From Rhodobacterales bacterium (GTDB lineage: Bacteria > Pseudomonadota > Alphaproteobacteria > Rhodobacterales > Rhodobacteraceae), in contig JASFZB010000007.1 of assembly GCA_045046705.1 (NCBI GenBank), positions 438-64,437 of the forward strand: DNA of 64,000 bases, written 5' to 3'. The notes beneath the pieces were generated by a model that worked only from the letters and a program-made list of their open reading frames with translations, searched no databases and was not told the DNA's origin. Position 1 is the stretch's first letter, and each line of letters begins with the position of its first letter. Below, one piece after another: positions 9,990 to 21,450 of the stretch. The position numbers and the translations under genes were made by a program.

Positions 9990-11150
9990 TTAAACCGGTT
10001 GCGCCGCTTCCACAATCCGCGCCAGATAAGATGCACCAATCGGGGCGGCCTCATCGTTGAAATTGAACTCCTGATGATGCAAGGCCGCACTTGGCCCGTT
10101 GCCGACAAACACATAGGCACCGGGGCATTTTTCCAGCATAAAGGAAAAATCCTCGGCCCCCATGCGTGGCGGGGCCGACAGGCTGACCTGATCATCACCC
10201 ACAATGCTGGCTGCGACTTTCATCGCAAACTCGGCCTTTTCGGCGTTATTCACCGTCGAGGGATACCCGTCGCGGTAAGTCAGTTCCGCGCGCGCACCAT
10301 ATGCGGCGGCGGTATTGTCCATGATCTCAACCAGACGGTTGCGCATCAATGCCTTCACTTCTGCCGTAAAGCTGCGCAATGTACCTGTCAACTTGACGGT
10401 TTCGGGAATGATGTTGAACGCGGTTCCACCGTGAAACTGTGTCACCGTCAGGACGCCGCATTCAATTGGATCAATATTGCGGCTGACGATGGTTTGCAGG
10501 GATTGCACCATGGCCGCCCCTGCAACAATAGGGTCGACCGTGGAATTAGGCCTTGCGGCATGCCCGCCTTTGCCAAAAATCGTGATCTCGAAATCATCGA
10601 CCGATGCCATCAGCGGCCCGGCGCGAGTTTGAAATTCTCCCACCGGCAAATCAGGCATATTGTGCTGGCCGAACACCTGGGTAATGCCGTATTTTTCGAT
10701 CAGCCCTTCGTCGCACATCACCCGTGCGCCACCGCCGCCCTCTTCCGCCGGTTGGAAAATCAGTACCACACGGCCCGAAAAGTTCCGCGTTTCAGCCAGG
10801 TATTTCGCCGCCCCCAGCAGCATCGTTGTGTGCCCGTCATGGCCGCAGGCGTGCATCTTGCCCTCAACCGTAGAGGCGTATTCCAGCCCTGTCATCTCGG
10901 GCATCGGCAACGCATCCATATCCGCGCGCAGCCCGATAGTGCCGCCTTCGCCTTTGCCGTTGATCACCGCAACCACACCGGTTTTGGCCCAACCTTCCGA
11001 AATTTCGTCAACACCGAACTCTTTCAGGCGCTCAACCACAAATTTCGCGGTTTCATGGCACTCGAAGCCCAGCTCGGGGTTGGCATGGATATGCTGGCGC
11101 CACTTGGCCATTTCTTCAAAATTATCCGCAATACTGTTGATAACGGGCAT
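9990..11150 (-). CDS. M20D amidohydrolase (hippurate hydrolase-like)
   Basis: [35 protein letters not shown] and MGAEDFSFM motifs; AGGAG RBS before the ATG at 11150. Confidence 0.9.
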   Translation of the reverse strand: MPVINSIADNFEEMAKWRQHIHANPELGFECHETAKFVVERLKEFGVDEISEGWAKTGVVAVINGKGEGGTIGLRADMDALPMPEMTGLEYASTVEGKMHACGHDGHTTMLLGAAKYLAETRNFSGRVVLIFQPAEEGGGGARVMCDEGLIEKYGITQVFGQHNMPDLPVGEFQTRAGPLMASVDDFEITIFGKGGHAARPNSTVDPIVAGAAMVQSLQTIVSRNIDPIECGVLTVTQFHGGTAFNIIPETVKLTGTLRSFTAEVKALMRNRLVEIMDNTAAAYGARAELTYRDGYPSTVNNAEKAEFAMKVAASIVGDDQVSLSAPPRMGAEDFSFMLEKCPGAYVFVGNGPSAALHHQEFNFNDEAAPIGASYLARIVEAAQPV

Positions 11151-11210
11151 AGTCTGTGTACTCCTGTTTTCAGCCACCTTAGCCCGACTTATAAAATAGA
11201 AAAGCCCCCA

Positions 11211-12047
11211 ATGACAAAATATACCGATAGCCAGTCACTTTGCCTTGCGCCCAATGGCGGCCTGCCGCGCCTGCTAGAGATCATGGCCCGTCTGCGTGAT
11301 CCTGATACGGGTTGCCCCTGGGACATCGAACAAACTTTCAAATCCATTGCGCCCTACACAATCGAGGAAGCCTACGAAGTGGCGGATGCAATTGAACAGG
11401 GCGACATGAACGATCTGGAGGGCGAGTTGGGCGATCTGTTGTTGCAGGTGGTTTACTATACCCAGATGGGGCACGAGGCCGGACATTTTGATTTCGACAG
11501 CGTGACGAAAAAAATCGCCGACAAAATGATCCACCGTCATCCGCATGTTTTCGGGACTGAAAGTCGTGATAAATCCGCCGCACAACAAACCGCTGACTGG
11601 GAGAAAATAAAAGCGGCAGAGCGGGCGTCCAAAGGACAGGAAAAGGTCGGAACGCTGGATGGAATTGCATCGAATTTGCCCGCATTGACCCGCGCCGTTA
11701 AGTTGCAAAAACGTGCGGCAAGGGTCGGATTCGACTGGCCGTCAACTCTGGACGTACTAGACAAAATCAACGAAGAATGTGCAGAGTTGGTCGAAGCACA
11801 TGAAAAATTATCACATAACGAACAAGTTGAAGAATTCGGCGACCTGATGTTTGTAATGGCCAACCTGGCGCGACACCTGAATATTGATCCCGAAGAGGCC
11901 CTGCGTTCTGCCAACAAAAAATTCACCCGCCGCTTTGAAGCGGTGGAAGCAAAACTGGCAACCTTAGGCAAGACCCCACAGCAGTCGGATCTAACGGAAA
12001 TGGACGCGCTTTGGGATGCGGTCAAAGGGGATGAACGAAATACCTGA
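11211..12047 (+). CDS. mazG: Nucleoside triphosphate pyrophosphohydrolase MazG
   Basis: RLRDPDTGCPWDIEQT, EEAYEV, ELGDLLLQVV, RRHP-like HRHPHVFG, KRAARVGFDW and EEFGD motifs. True start is the ATG at 11211; the 682-aa track ORF is an antisense-extended artefact. Confidence 0.93.
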   Translation: MTKYTDSQSLCLAPNGGLPRLLEIMARLRDPDTGCPWDIEQTFKSIAPYTIEEAYEVADAIEQGDMNDLEGELGDLLLQVVYYTQMGHEAGHFDFDSVTKKIADKMIHRHPHVFGTESRDKSAAQQTADWEKIKAAERASKGQEKVGTLDGIASNLPALTRAVKLQKRAARVGFDWPSTLDVLDKINEECAELVEAHEKLSHNEQVEEFGDLMFVMANLARHLNIDPEEALRSANKKFTRRFEAVEAKLATLGKTPQQSDLTEMDALWDAVKGDERNT

Positions 12048-12066
12048 TTTATTTACTCAACCATTG

Positions 12067-12087
12067 ACTTGACTAATTTAGTCAAGT
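12067..12087. promoter_or_regulatory. Iron-Rhodo-box-like perfect palindrome ACTTGACTAA-T-TTAGTCAAGT
   Basis: Perfect 10-bp arms; fits the Rhodobacterales iron-responsive consensus (cTGActrawtyagTCAg); about 35 bp upstream of an iron-binding protein gene. Confidence 0.8.
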
Positions 12088-12121
12088 TTAAGAAACGCAC
12101 AACAACCGCATGGATTCTAAA

Positions 12122-13135
12122 ATGAACACACCCTTAAAAACCACAATTCTTGCTGCCTTGGCCGCCACCCTTACCGCCCCCGCCCTGGCCGCAGAAGTCA
12201 ACGTTTACTCCTCACGTCAGCCTTTTCTGGTCAAGCCTCTGTTCGACGCTTTCACAAAGCAAACCGGAATAGACGTCAATGTGTCCTTTTTGAAAAAAGG
12301 CATAGCGGAAAAGCTGAAGGCCGAGGGCAAACGCACCCCCGCCGATCTGGTCATGACCACGGATATTTCGCGGCTGAACGGGATCGTCGCGGCAGGTGTG
12401 ACACAAGCGGTAGACAGTGAAACACTAAATGCAAACATCCCCGCCGCATACCGCGACCCCGATGGCCAGTGGTTCGGGCTGACATCGCGGGCGCGTGTGG
12501 TCTACGCCTCCAAGACCCGCGTCAAAGACGGCGATGTCACCACCTACGAGGCCCTGACCGATCCGAAATGGAAGGGTCGCATTTGTATCCGTTCGGGCAC
12601 CAACGCCTATAATCTGGCCCTGACCGCTGCGGTTATTGCGCATCACGGGCAAGACGGGGCCAAGGCGTGGTTGCAAGGGATCAAGGCAAATCTGGCACGC
12701 AAACCATCGGGCAATGATCGCGCCCAGATCAAGGCGATTTTCGCCGGCGAGTGCGATATTTCCATCGGCAACACCTATTACATGAAAAAGATGCTGGACG
12801 ATCCCGATCAGGTAGCCTGGGCCGACAGCGTGCGTATCATATTCCCCACCTTTGAAGGCGGTGGCACCCATATAAACATCTCGGGCATGGCCCTGATCCG
12901 CGCCGCACACCATAAGGACGCGGCCATCAAATTGATGGAGTGGCTGTCATCGGAACAGGCACAAGAGATTTACGCAAAAATCAACGGCGAATACCCGCTG
13001 AAACCGGGCAGCAAACCATCCGCGCTGGTGGCAAGCTGGGGCACATTCACCCCCGATACCCAACCCCTGCTCAAGATCGCCCGTCTGCGCGCAACCGCGC
13101 TGAAAATCACCGAAGAGGTGAATTTCGACGAATAG
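12122..13135 (+). CDS. Fe(III) ABC transporter periplasmic binding protein (FutA/FbpA-like)
   Basis: Signal peptide; EVNVYSSRQ, WFGLTSRARVVY, LARKPSGNDRAQ, IGNTYY and EYPLKPG motifs. Confidence 0.9.
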   Translation: MNTPLKTTILAALAATLTAPALAAEVNVYSSRQPFLVKPLFDAFTKQTGIDVNVSFLKKGIAEKLKAEGKRTPADLVMTTDISRLNGIVAAGVTQAVDSETLNANIPAAYRDPDGQWFGLTSRARVVYASKTRVKDGDVTTYEALTDPKWKGRICIRSGTNAYNLALTAAVIAHHGQDGAKAWLQGIKANLARKPSGNDRAQIKAIFAGECDISIGNTYYMKKMLDDPDQVAWADSVRIIFPTFEGGGTHINISGMALIRAAHHKDAAIKLMEWLSSEQAQEIYAKINGEYPLKPGSKPSALVASWGTFTPDTQPLLKIARLRATALKITEEVNFDE

Positions 13136-13238
13136 GGATATGTGGCAAAGGTCGTACAGCACTGGGATTTCCGCGACCATCTTTCCCGTGATGAATAGAC
13201 CATGTTGACGGACGGCATAGCACATAGGATAAGACCCC

Positions 13239-14021
13239 ATGAAAATAGCATCCTTCAATATAAACGGCATCAAGGCCCGTTTGCCCGCGCTTCTGAACTG
13301 GCTGCAACAGGCCTGTCCCGATGTGGCCCTGTTGCAAGAAATCAAGTCCGTGGATGAAAACTTCCCGCGAGAGCCGATCGAGGACTTGGGCTACCGCGTT
13401 GAAACCCATGGCCAAAAAGGTTTCAACGGGGTGGCAATCCTGTCGAAATTACCCATCGAGGATATAACGCGCGGCTTGCCGGGCGACGAAAGCGATGAAC
13501 AAGCCCGCTGGATTGAAGCCACGGTTATGGGGGATAAATGTGCAGTCAGGGTTTGCGGGCTTTACCTTCCCAACGGTAATCCTGTGCCGGGGCCGAAATA
13601 TGATTACAAACTTTCCTGGATGCGCCGCCAATATGAGCGCGCGCAAGAATTGCTGGCACTGGAAGAGCCGTTTTTAATGGCGGGCGACTACAACGTCATT
13701 CCGCAGGTCGAAGATTGCTGGGATGTTAAGCCCTGGCTGGATGATGCCTTATATCTGCCGCAATCGCGCGAAGCGTATCGCGGGTTGAAAAACCTTGGGC
13801 TGACAGATGCTTTTCGGGCCTGCAACGCGGCCGCCGGCAATTACACGTTTTGGGATTATCAGGCGGGGGCGTGGAACCGGAATCACGGTATCCGCATCGA
13901 TCATTTCCTGATGTCACCGGAATGTGCCGATCTTTTGCTGGATTGCCAGATTGATAAAGACATTCGGGGGTTTGAAAAGCCGTCTGACCATGTGCCGATC
14001 TGGGTTGAATTGGACGCTTGA
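13239..14021 (+). CDS. xth: Exodeoxyribonuclease III
   Basis: MKIASFNING, LQEIK, GFNGVAILS, YLPNGNP, GDYNV, RIDHFL and SDHVP motifs. Confidence 0.95.
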   Translation: MKIASFNINGIKARLPALLNWLQQACPDVALLQEIKSVDENFPREPIEDLGYRVETHGQKGFNGVAILSKLPIEDITRGLPGDESDEQARWIEATVMGDKCAVRVCGLYLPNGNPVPGPKYDYKLSWMRRQYERAQELLALEEPFLMAGDYNVIPQVEDCWDVKPWLDDALYLPQSREAYRGLKNLGLTDAFRACNAAAGNYTFWDYQAGAWNRNHGIRIDHFLMSPECADLLLDCQIDKDIRGFEKPSDHVPIWVELDA

Positions 14022-14113
14022 CGCGATCCAGAGCCAGTTCGCGGTTCTTTACCCCCCTTCCCCCTTCTGCCCCCGAATGCTACACCTCGCCCAATCCAAA
14101 GGGAAACGCATCC

Positions 14114-15361
14114 ATGACCATTTTGCAAGTTGCCTCACTTCTGATCGTGCTTGCGGGTACGTTCGGGGCGATTAACTACCTGTTTTTAAAACTGCCATCG
14201 TCCATCGGCATCCTTGTGGTCGCGCTTTTGGCCTCATTGACAGTGATGGGGGGCGATGCGGTTTTTCCGGCCTTGAACGCGGCAGGTGCCATTCGTGAAA
14301 TCGTCCAGGATATAGAATTTTCCAATGCCCTGCTGGAAGGCATGTTGGGCCTGCTTTTGTTCGCAGGTGCGCTGCATGTCAAACTTGGTGATTTGCGTAA
14401 ACAGGCCTGGGTGGTGCTATTGATGGCGACCTTGGGCGTGGCAATATCGACCGCCATCGTAGGCTACGGCTTTAGCTGGCTTACCGGCGCACCGCTGCTT
14501 GTGGCGCTGGTGTTTGGCGCCCTTATCACCCCGACCGACCCCGTTGCCGTGTTGGGCGTGCTGCGCGAGGCCAACTTGCGCAAGTCGCTGGAAACCAAAA
14601 TTGCCGGTGAAAGCCTGTTCAACGACGGCGTTGGCTATGTGGTGTTCCTGATCTTTGCGGGGCTTGCCTTTCCATCAGGCGAAGGCCCGGCCATGGGGGC
14701 CATGGGGGCCATCACCCTTTTTGTGCAAGAAGCCGTCGGCGGGGCCATTTTAGGCATGGTTCTTGGCTATCTGGTGTTTCAGGTGATGAAGCGCATCGAC
14801 GATTATTCCCTGGAGGTTCTGCTATCCCTTGGGCTTGCCTTCGGCGGCTACCAACTGGCGGTCGCCCTGCATATGTCAGGCCCGATCATGGCCGTGGTGG
14901 CGGGGCTTTTCATCGGCGATGTCGGCGTCAAACACGGCATGTCGGAACAAACCCGCGTCTATGTGAACAAATTCTGGGAGCTGATCGACGAGATATTGAA
15001 CGCCGTCCTGTTCCTGCTGATCGGCATCGAGGTTTTTGCCGTCAGCTTTGACGCCAACGCCATATGGGGCGGCATCCTGTGCATCCTTCTGGCCCTGATT
15101 GCGCGAGCCGCTGCCGTTGCCATCCCGCTTTTGATCCTTAGACCGTTTCGACATTTCACATCCGACGTTATCCCGATCATGACATGGGGGGGGCTAAAGG
15201 GCGGCATCTCGGTGGCTTTGGCCCTGACCCTGCCCGACAGCGAATGGAAACCGGTCATTTTGGCCGCGACCTATATGGTGGTGATCTTCTCGATCATCGT
15301 GCAGGGCCTGACCATCGCCCCCTTGGCCAACAGGCTGGGCCGCTCGCCGGATTTGTTGTAG
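14114..15361 (+). CDS. CPA1 Na+/H+ antiporter (NhaP-like)
   Basis: LITPTDPVAV, IAGESLFNDG, WGGLKGGISVALAL; about 12 TM helices; start at ATG 14114. Confidence 0.9.
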   Translation: MTILQVASLLIVLAGTFGAINYLFLKLPSSIGILVVALLASLTVMGGDAVFPALNAAGAIREIVQDIEFSNALLEGMLGLLLFAGALHVKLGDLRKQAWVVLLMATLGVAISTAIVGYGFSWLTGAPLLVALVFGALITPTDPVAVLGVLREANLRKSLETKIAGESLFNDGVGYVVFLIFAGLAFPSGEGPAMGAMGAITLFVQEAVGGAILGMVLGYLVFQVMKRIDDYSLEVLLSLGLAFGGYQLAVALHMSGPIMAVVAGLFIGDVGVKHGMSEQTRVYVNKFWELIDEILNAVLFLLIGIEVFAVSFDANAIWGGILCILLALIARAAAVAIPLLILRPFRHFTSDVIPIMTWGGLKGGISVALALTLPDSEWKPVILAATYMVVIFSIIVQGLTIAPLANRLGRSPDLL

Positions 15362-15432
15362 GCTTTAACGTTAACGTACTTGCACCGCTCTTGTCAGGGG
15401 TTAAAAGGGCGGCATAAAGGACAATGCAAATC

Positions 15433-17132
<1,700 letters not shown>

Positions 17133-17329
17133 AACCCGCAGGGGGGGGGCGATTTCCACGCACCGTTGGCACGAATAATGCACATTTAAAAGTTTACTTG
17201 GTAAGATTAGAAGGTTAAAGATATTCTATCTACTTAAAGGTTATAGAGGTGGTGTAGCAACCCACCTTACCCTCTAGACGCGCCCCCCGCGCCCCGCTAA
17301 ACCCTTGGCCAAACCAAAGGGCCGAAGCC

Positions 17330-17959
17330 ATGCCAGAATTCGACGAAAAACAGACCCCGCAGATTTACCTGATCACACCACCTGCGTTTGATCTTGCGCC
17401 TTTCAGCACCCAGCTTGCAACGCTACTGGATGCCCACGACATCGCCTGCGTGCGTATGGCCCTGTCGACAACCGATGAGCGCGACATTGCGCAAGCCGCA
17501 GACCAATTGCGCGAGGTCTGCCATGCCCGCGATGTTGCCATTGTCATCGCCGACCATTTTCGCCTTGTAGAACCGCATGGGCTGGACGGTGTACATCTGC
17601 CCGACAGTTCACGCCAAGTGCGCGATGTGCGCAAAGCCTTGGGTGCGGATGCCATTGTCGGCACTTATTGCGGCGCGTCACGCCATGCGGGCATGACATC
17701 GGGTGAAATCGGGGCGGATTACATCTCGTTCGGGCCGGTGGCGGAAACCGCATTGGGCAACGGCAAACTCGCCCCCTATGATCTGTTCGAGTGGTGGTCG
17801 GAAACCGTCGAGGTGCCAGTGGTAGCCGAAGGCAATGTTACACCCGATGCAGCCACAACACTTGCCCCCGTAGTGGATTTCTTCGCTTTGGGTGATGAAA
17901 TTTGGGGCACAGATGATCCAAATGCCACTCTTGACGACTACATCAAGCGTATCGGTTAG
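17330..17959 (+). CDS. Thiamine-phosphate-synthase-like (ThiE/TenI fold) protein
   Basis: QIYLITP, LDGVHL, GADYISFGP and VPVVAEG motifs; no other thi genes nearby. Confidence 0.75.
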   Translation: MPEFDEKQTPQIYLITPPAFDLAPFSTQLATLLDAHDIACVRMALSTTDERDIAQAADQLREVCHARDVAIVIADHFRLVEPHGLDGVHLPDSSRQVRDVRKALGADAIVGTYCGASRHAGMTSGEIGADYISFGPVAETALGNGKLAPYDLFEWWSETVEVPVVAEGNVTPDAATTLAPVVDFFALGDEIWGTDDPNATLDDYIKRIG

Positions 17960-17998
17960 GCTGCCAAAACGGCATAGTCCGGTTAAAGCTATGGGAAG

Positions 17999-18082
17999 TG
18001 GTGGGCGACCCTGGAATCGAACCAGGCGTGGGTCACCCCGGGGGAGTTACAGTCCCCTGCCGCACCTTGCAGCCCGTCGCCC
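17999..18082 (-). tRNA. tRNA-Tyr(GTA)
   Basis: Reverse complement gives GGGCGAC...GTCGCCC-ACCA, anticodon arm GGGGA-CTGTAAC-TCCCC and a long variable arm. Confidence 0.96.
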
Positions 18083-18210
18083 TTAAAGCGTTCGTAAACG
18101 TCTTAAGTTTGGCCTGATTAGTCGCGCTGGCAGCCATCGTCAATACAAAATTTACTTGTTGCGGGCAGATGTTCGTGCCAAATGTGCTACCTACTTGGAA
18201 AGAACGGCAG

Positions 18211-19011
18211 ATGGCACCTAGAAAAGGCAAAAAACCCGTATGGGTCGTTGGCAAAGAACGCACAAAACGCGCCAGCGCGGCAGAAACCGTGTGGTTGTTC
18301 GGATTGCATGCAGTGCGCGATGCCCTGCAAAATCCGGCGCGTCAGCGGTTGCGGCTGATTGTTACAAAAAACGCCGCCGACAAACTGGCAGAAGCCATTA
18401 CCGCATCGGGCATGACACCCGAGGTTCAAGACCCGCGCCGCTTTAACGCACCGCTTGATCCGCAATCCGTACACCAAGGTGCCGCGCTGGAAGTGAAGCC
18501 GCTGGATTGGGGCAACTTGTCCGAGCAATGCGCCCCGCGCGGCGAACGTTCCGTGGTCATCGTGCTTGACCGTGTGACCGACCCACATAATGTCGGGGCC
18601 ATTTTGCGTTCGGCTGAAGTCTTTGGCGCGCGTGCTGTGATCGCCACCTTGCGTAATTCCGCCCCTGAAACCGGAGCTTTGGCAAAAACCGCAAGTGGTG
18701 CCCTGGAGCGTCAACCCTATTTGCGGGTGCAAAACCTGGTGCGATCGCTCAAAACCCTGTCCGATATGGGGTATCGCCTGATCGCGCTAGACGGCGAGGC
18801 CAAGATAAATCTGCAAAACACGTTGGATGCGGAACCCAATGCGCCGACCGCTTTGGTTCTGGGTGCCGAAGGCCCGGGGCTGCGCCCGTCAACCAAAGAG
18901 GCTTGTGATGTGATCGCCAAAATTCCGTTTCAACGCACATTCGGCTCGTTGAACGTATCCAACGCGGCTGCCGTTTCCCTATACGCTTTGTCACAAACCA
19001 AAGCCCCTTAA
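18211..19011 (+). CDS. rlmB: SpoU/TrmH-family 2'-O RNA methyltransferase (RlmB-like)
   Basis: LFGLHAVRDAL, VHQG, LDRVTDPHNVGAILRSA, LGAEGPGL and SLNVSNAAAV motifs. Confidence 0.85.
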   Translation: MAPRKGKKPVWVVGKERTKRASAAETVWLFGLHAVRDALQNPARQRLRLIVTKNAADKLAEAITASGMTPEVQDPRRFNAPLDPQSVHQGAALEVKPLDWGNLSEQCAPRGERSVVIVLDRVTDPHNVGAILRSAEVFGARAVIATLRNSAPETGALAKTASGALERQPYLRVQNLVRSLKTLSDMGYRLIALDGEAKINLQNTLDAEPNAPTALVLGAEGPGLRPSTKEACDVIAKIPFQRTFGSLNVSNAAAVSLYALSQTKAP

Positions 19012-19093
19012 GGGCAATATCTCACATTTTCGCGAGGCGGGTTCAATTCGGGTATTTTCAGGCTATCTTTGTATCAACCAAAGGAATGACCTG

Positions 19094-19549
19094 ATGAATT
19101 TAACCCGACGTACAACACTTGGCTTACTCGCGGCCACAATCGCCGCCCCTGCTTTTGCAAAACAGGCCGTCGTATTTACCAAAGGCGGCCTGGCCATTGC
19201 CGGTTATGATCCGGTTGCTTATTTTACGGAAAAAGACGCATTCAAAGGTTCTACCAAATACAGCCTGATGTGGCACGGCGCGACGTGGCGGTTCAAATCA
19301 GCCGAAAACAAAGCCTTGTTTGAAGCAGACCCCAAAAAATACGCCCCGCAATATGGCGGCTACTGCGCCTATGCCATGGCCAGCGGGGATTATGTTTCCA
19401 TCAACCCCAAAGCATGGGACATCTATAACGGCAAGCTATACCTGAACTACAGCTCGATCATCTGGGCGATCTGGAGTCGGGACAGGGCGGGCTATGTGGC
19501 GCGTGCAGACAAACATTGGCCCGCAGAAAACATTGCCCCACAAAGTTGA
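19094..19549 (+). CDS. YHS-domain periplasmic protein
   Basis: Twin-Arg-like leader (LTRRTTLG); AIAGYDPVAYF, PKKYAPQYGGYCAYAM and GKLYLNY motifs. Confidence 0.85.
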   Translation: MNLTRRTTLGLLAATIAAPAFAKQAVVFTKGGLAIAGYDPVAYFTEKDAFKGSTKYSLMWHGATWRFKSAENKALFEADPKKYAPQYGGYCAYAMASGDYVSINPKAWDIYNGKLYLNYSSIIWAIWSRDRAGYVARADKHWPAENIAPQS

Positions 19550-19634
19550 ATTGAACCTATCTACACATACACATGAAAACCCGACAACGTGATCGCATCT
19601 GCCTTGAAATGGGCGTATAAGGTATTATGTTAAT

Positions 19635-19720
19635 GTGTGAAAGCAAAGGCCGGAACCCCTTGCTTGAATACTGTCCCTCGTTCCACACCTGCACCCAAAG
19701 GCTTCTTTAGGTGCTTTTTT
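19635..19720 (+). ncRNA. Candidate small RNA with its own promoter and intrinsic terminator
   Basis: TTGAAA-N16-TATGTT at 19604-19631; hairpin AAGCAAAGG/CCCTTGCTT; single-stranded UGUCCCUCGUUCC; terminator GCACCCAAAG/CTTTAGGTGC plus T6. Confidence 0.5.
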
Positions 19721-19739
19721 GTAATGGCTGTTGATCACG

Positions 19740-20432
19740 TTATTTGATCTCGAAAACCAGCGTCACAGACGAACGCAATTTCAATTCGCCCCCCGCAACA
19801 GGCAACACGTCGGACGCCATAGCGGCCATTTCCATCCGCACCATTTTACGCGGTTGCGGGCTACCGCCATTTTCGGTGATGCTGATAATCCGCCCCAGTT
19901 CAACCCCCGCCGCTTTGGCATAAAGACCGGCCTTGGCGCGGGCATCTTTTACCGCGCGCCTTCGGGCCTCATCCTGATGCGGGCGCGGTGTTTGAATGCC
20001 AAAACGGATACTGTTGATCCGGTTGGCCCCGACTTTCGTCAATACATCCAATATCGCCCCGACCCGATCAACCACCCGCACCCGCACCGTGACCGTGTTA
20101 ACCGCCTGGTAACCGATGATACGCGGTGGCGTGTTATTGTTGTTGCGCGAAGCCCAGCGCGGATTTAACGACAATTGCGAGGTCTGAATGTCGCGCGGCT
20201 TTATACCTGCGGCCATTAGCTGTTCAAAAACCCTCCCCATGACCGCGGAATTCGCCTGCATCGCTTCGGATGCCTTTTTCTTCAAGCTGCTGACCCCAAG
20301 CGACACCGTGGCCATGTCGGGCGCCACAAATACGGAACCGGTGCCAACAAGTGTCAACCGGCGCGGGGTTTCTTCTGCCGATAAAACGCCGGGCATGAGT
20401 GCCATGATTAGTATAAGAGCGATGATGCGCAT
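19740..20432 (-). CDS. SIMPL (DUF541) periplasmic protein
   Basis: Signal peptide; LTLVGTGSVFVAPDMATVSLGV, DIQTSQLSL, GYQAVNTVTV and AVKDARAKA motifs. Confidence 0.9.
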   Translation of the reverse strand: MRIIALILIMALMPGVLSAEETPRRLTLVGTGSVFVAPDMATVSLGVSSLKKKASEAMQANSAVMGRVFEQLMAAGIKPRDIQTSQLSLNPRWASRNNNNTPPRIIGYQAVNTVTVRVRVVDRVGAILDVLTKVGANRINSIRFGIQTPRPHQDEARRRAVKDARAKAGLYAKAAGVELGRIISITENGGSPQPRKMVRMEMAAMASDVLPVAGGELKLRSSVTLVFEIK

Positions 20433-20596
20433 ATTTTATCCTTCCGAATTTATTTCAAATCTGATGCAAAATGCGGTTATATTCAAGCATGAGCTGCCAA
20501 AGGCAATAAAACGGTCAACCTATTCAACAAAAAAGTGGCTAGATTCAATGAAATATTATAAAGCTACATTTTGTAAGCCAAGCGCATGAAAGCCAG

Positions 20597-21403
20597 ATGA
20601 TGAATGAGCCAGAACCCTTTGCGGTAGATTTATCGAATAATGGCATTTTTCTATGGCACCGGAAACGTAGCAGAAAATGGGAGTTTTTGGGAAGTGTCCC
20701 GTTAAATTCCGGCAATTTACGCCAGCAACTTGAAACATTAAAACAAACGATACTTCGTATTGATGCAGCTTCAAATGCCGCCATCGTGCGCATACCCAGC
20801 GCCGAGGTGAAAACCTTTACACTTTCGCCTGACCCAGACGAAAACGCGCGTTGGGAAGTTCGGATTGTAGCGTCTCTGGAAGCGGCTGCGGGTATATCCA
20901 TCAGGGAATTGGCTTTTGATATAGATCGGGGCAATGCCACGCCCGATATTAGTGTTGCATGGACCCCGATGGCGGTTCTGCAGCAGGCCGAAGCCTTTGT
21001 TCATCTTATCGGGTTTATACCTACATATTACACAACCGACCTAAATCGTGCCGATTTCCCGAGAAATCCAAATTTTCAAATTACGGATTACCAATCGCCC
21101 CCCCAAAGCGCGAAAATCAGCCCTGAGGCCCCTATAACAGAAGCCATACAACAACCTATAGACATAAGCCAGCCGACAGCCGCTTACCCGGCGACAAACC
21201 GGCCTAAGGCTACTTTCGGGGGCCGATGGTTTATCACCCTGATCCTGCTTATCGCAATCTTAATCACTGCAATCTACTATTGGCCGCGCATGCAGGAGAC
21301 CGCAAATTCGGCACCTGTTACACAGGAAAACAGCTATATTTTGCCACTACATCAAAGCCCCCCCCGAATAGCTTTGAAAAAGCTAAAGCAATCTTATAGT
21401 TAG
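20597..21403 (+). CDS. Bitopic membrane protein; short paralog of the downstream gene
   Basis: N-terminal about 160 aa align by eye with the next ORF (FAVDLSNNGIFLWHR vs YAIELSNDGVSLWHR; IVRIPSAEV vs EVRIPRSEV; YYTTDLNRADFPR vs YYTTTLDKADFPR); one TM at WFITLILLIAILITAIYYW. Confidence 0.7.
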   Translation: MMNEPEPFAVDLSNNGIFLWHRKRSRKWEFLGSVPLNSGNLRQQLETLKQTILRIDAASNAAIVRIPSAEVKTFTLSPDPDENARWEVRIVASLEAAAGISIRELAFDIDRGNATPDISVAWTPMAVLQQAEAFVHLIGFIPTYYTTDLNRADFPRNPNFQITDYQSPPQSAKISPEAPITEAIQQPIDISQPTAAYPATNRPKATFGGRWFITLILLIAILITAIYYWPRMQETANSAPVTQENSYILPLHQSPPRIALKKLKQSYS

Positions 21404-21450
21404 GGGTCACGTGGACCCAAAACTTTATGACCTAAGGCCGACACCGCCCG

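Noticed and set aside
9999-11210. Apparent 682-aa ORF suggesting an N-terminally extended MazG fusion
   Set aside because: The first about 400 codons are the stop-free antisense of the amidohydrolase; MazG starts at 11211.
15365-15376. TTAACGTTAACG upstream of fur as a CtrA site
   Set aside because: The 6-bp period does not fit CtrA spacing.
17330-17959. Thiamine biosynthesis locus or TPP riboswitch
   Set aside because: No other thi genes and no TPP aptamer motif upstream; probably the common stand-alone ThiE-like paralog.
19094-19549. YHS protein as a selenoprotein
   Set aside because: No in-frame TGA; Cys is encoded in GGYCAY.
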